The notes under the pieces were generated by a model. It did not search any database and was not told where the DNA came from. It worked only from the letters and a program-made list of their open reading frames with translations. Both the position numbers and the translations under genes were made by a program. Below are positions 63,615 to 64,000 of a stretch of 64,000 nt of DNA, piece after piece (position 1 is the first letter of the stretch; each line of letters opens with the position of its first letter). This stretch comes from Rhodosorus marinus CCMP1338 (Eukaryota; Plantae; Rhodophyta). Location: contig JAMWBK010000008.1 in NCBI GenBank assembly GCA_029953675.1, forward strand, positions 248,001 through 312,000, written 5' to 3'.

Positions 63615-64000
63615 TTATGCAACCGGGACCGATGGCGGTTGCTCAATTGCTCCTTCCCCTGGTTGTTGGGGCACTACCTGGAACGGATCATTCTGCTGTG
63701 CAGTGGTTCTCAGAGGGGCTCTTGTCACTGCTGGCCGGAAAATATTCTGCCATGGTTCGGGCATATCCCCAATCGGATTCCACCCCGGAATTCTCTGCTT
63801 CCTAATCTTTCCCCTAACCTTGATCTTGTCGTTCGTCCATATCAACGTGGTATGTGTGATTAGCTCCTCCTTATACATTAACGCAAGAGTCTCCAAATTA
63901 TAAGGGCCTTGCTTCCTGTAGGGGTCTCTCTTGTCCTCCTGCGACAAGTAATAGTACACAACCGGTGGTGGTTCAAACAGTCCCATTGTACAACAATACT
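63615..64000 (-). CDS. 3' part of a GYF_2 (DUF4339) domain protein, truncated by the window edge
   Basis: YYYL...QGPYNLETLALMYKEELITHTTLIW...GWNPIGDMPE, followed by a P/Q-rich tail. Confidence 0.7.
   Translation of the reverse strand, partial: YCCTMGLFEPPPVVYYYLSQEDKRDPYRKQGPYNLETLALMYKEELITHTTLIWTNDKIKVRGKIRKQRIPGWNPIGDMPEPWQNIFRPAVTRAPLRTTAQQNDPFQVVPQQPGEGAIEQPPSVPVA

Overview
Eukaryotic nuclear DNA, about 48% GC by eye. Genes carry short GT-AG introns, mostly ~50-110 nt. Several plastid-targeted proteins start with the red-algal-type transit peptide that has an early aromatic residue (MAFIAG, MGFVAS, MAGFVA, MLGFAG), so the source is most likely a unicellular red alga (inference; species not determined). 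About 20 intact genes are recognisable: EamA transporter, RRP36, UTP5/WDR43, RPB11, mRNA cap methyltransferase, CDC45, probable ATP synthase subunit f, CHLM, an atypical LHC-like protein, DHQ synthase, a Q/G-rich protein, a GRAM protein, glutathione reductase, RimP, DOLPP1, NUP160, GET4, BET3, a WrbA-like flavodoxin and a partial GYF_2 protein. Between them lie decayed blocks of pseudogenes and Ty3/gypsy remnants. The most notable structure is at 24193-25096. It reads LTR, primer-binding site, truncated gag whose last 147 bp fold back as a near-perfect inverted repeat (137-bp stem, 49-nt loop), a second copy of the 38-bp LTR end, and an 8-bp flanking direct repeat. This could be a natural hairpin-RNA locus silencing its own retrotransposon family, analogous to maize Mu killer (hypothesis). 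No tRNA, rRNA or CRISPR array was found. Exon boundaries were read by hand and no database search was run.
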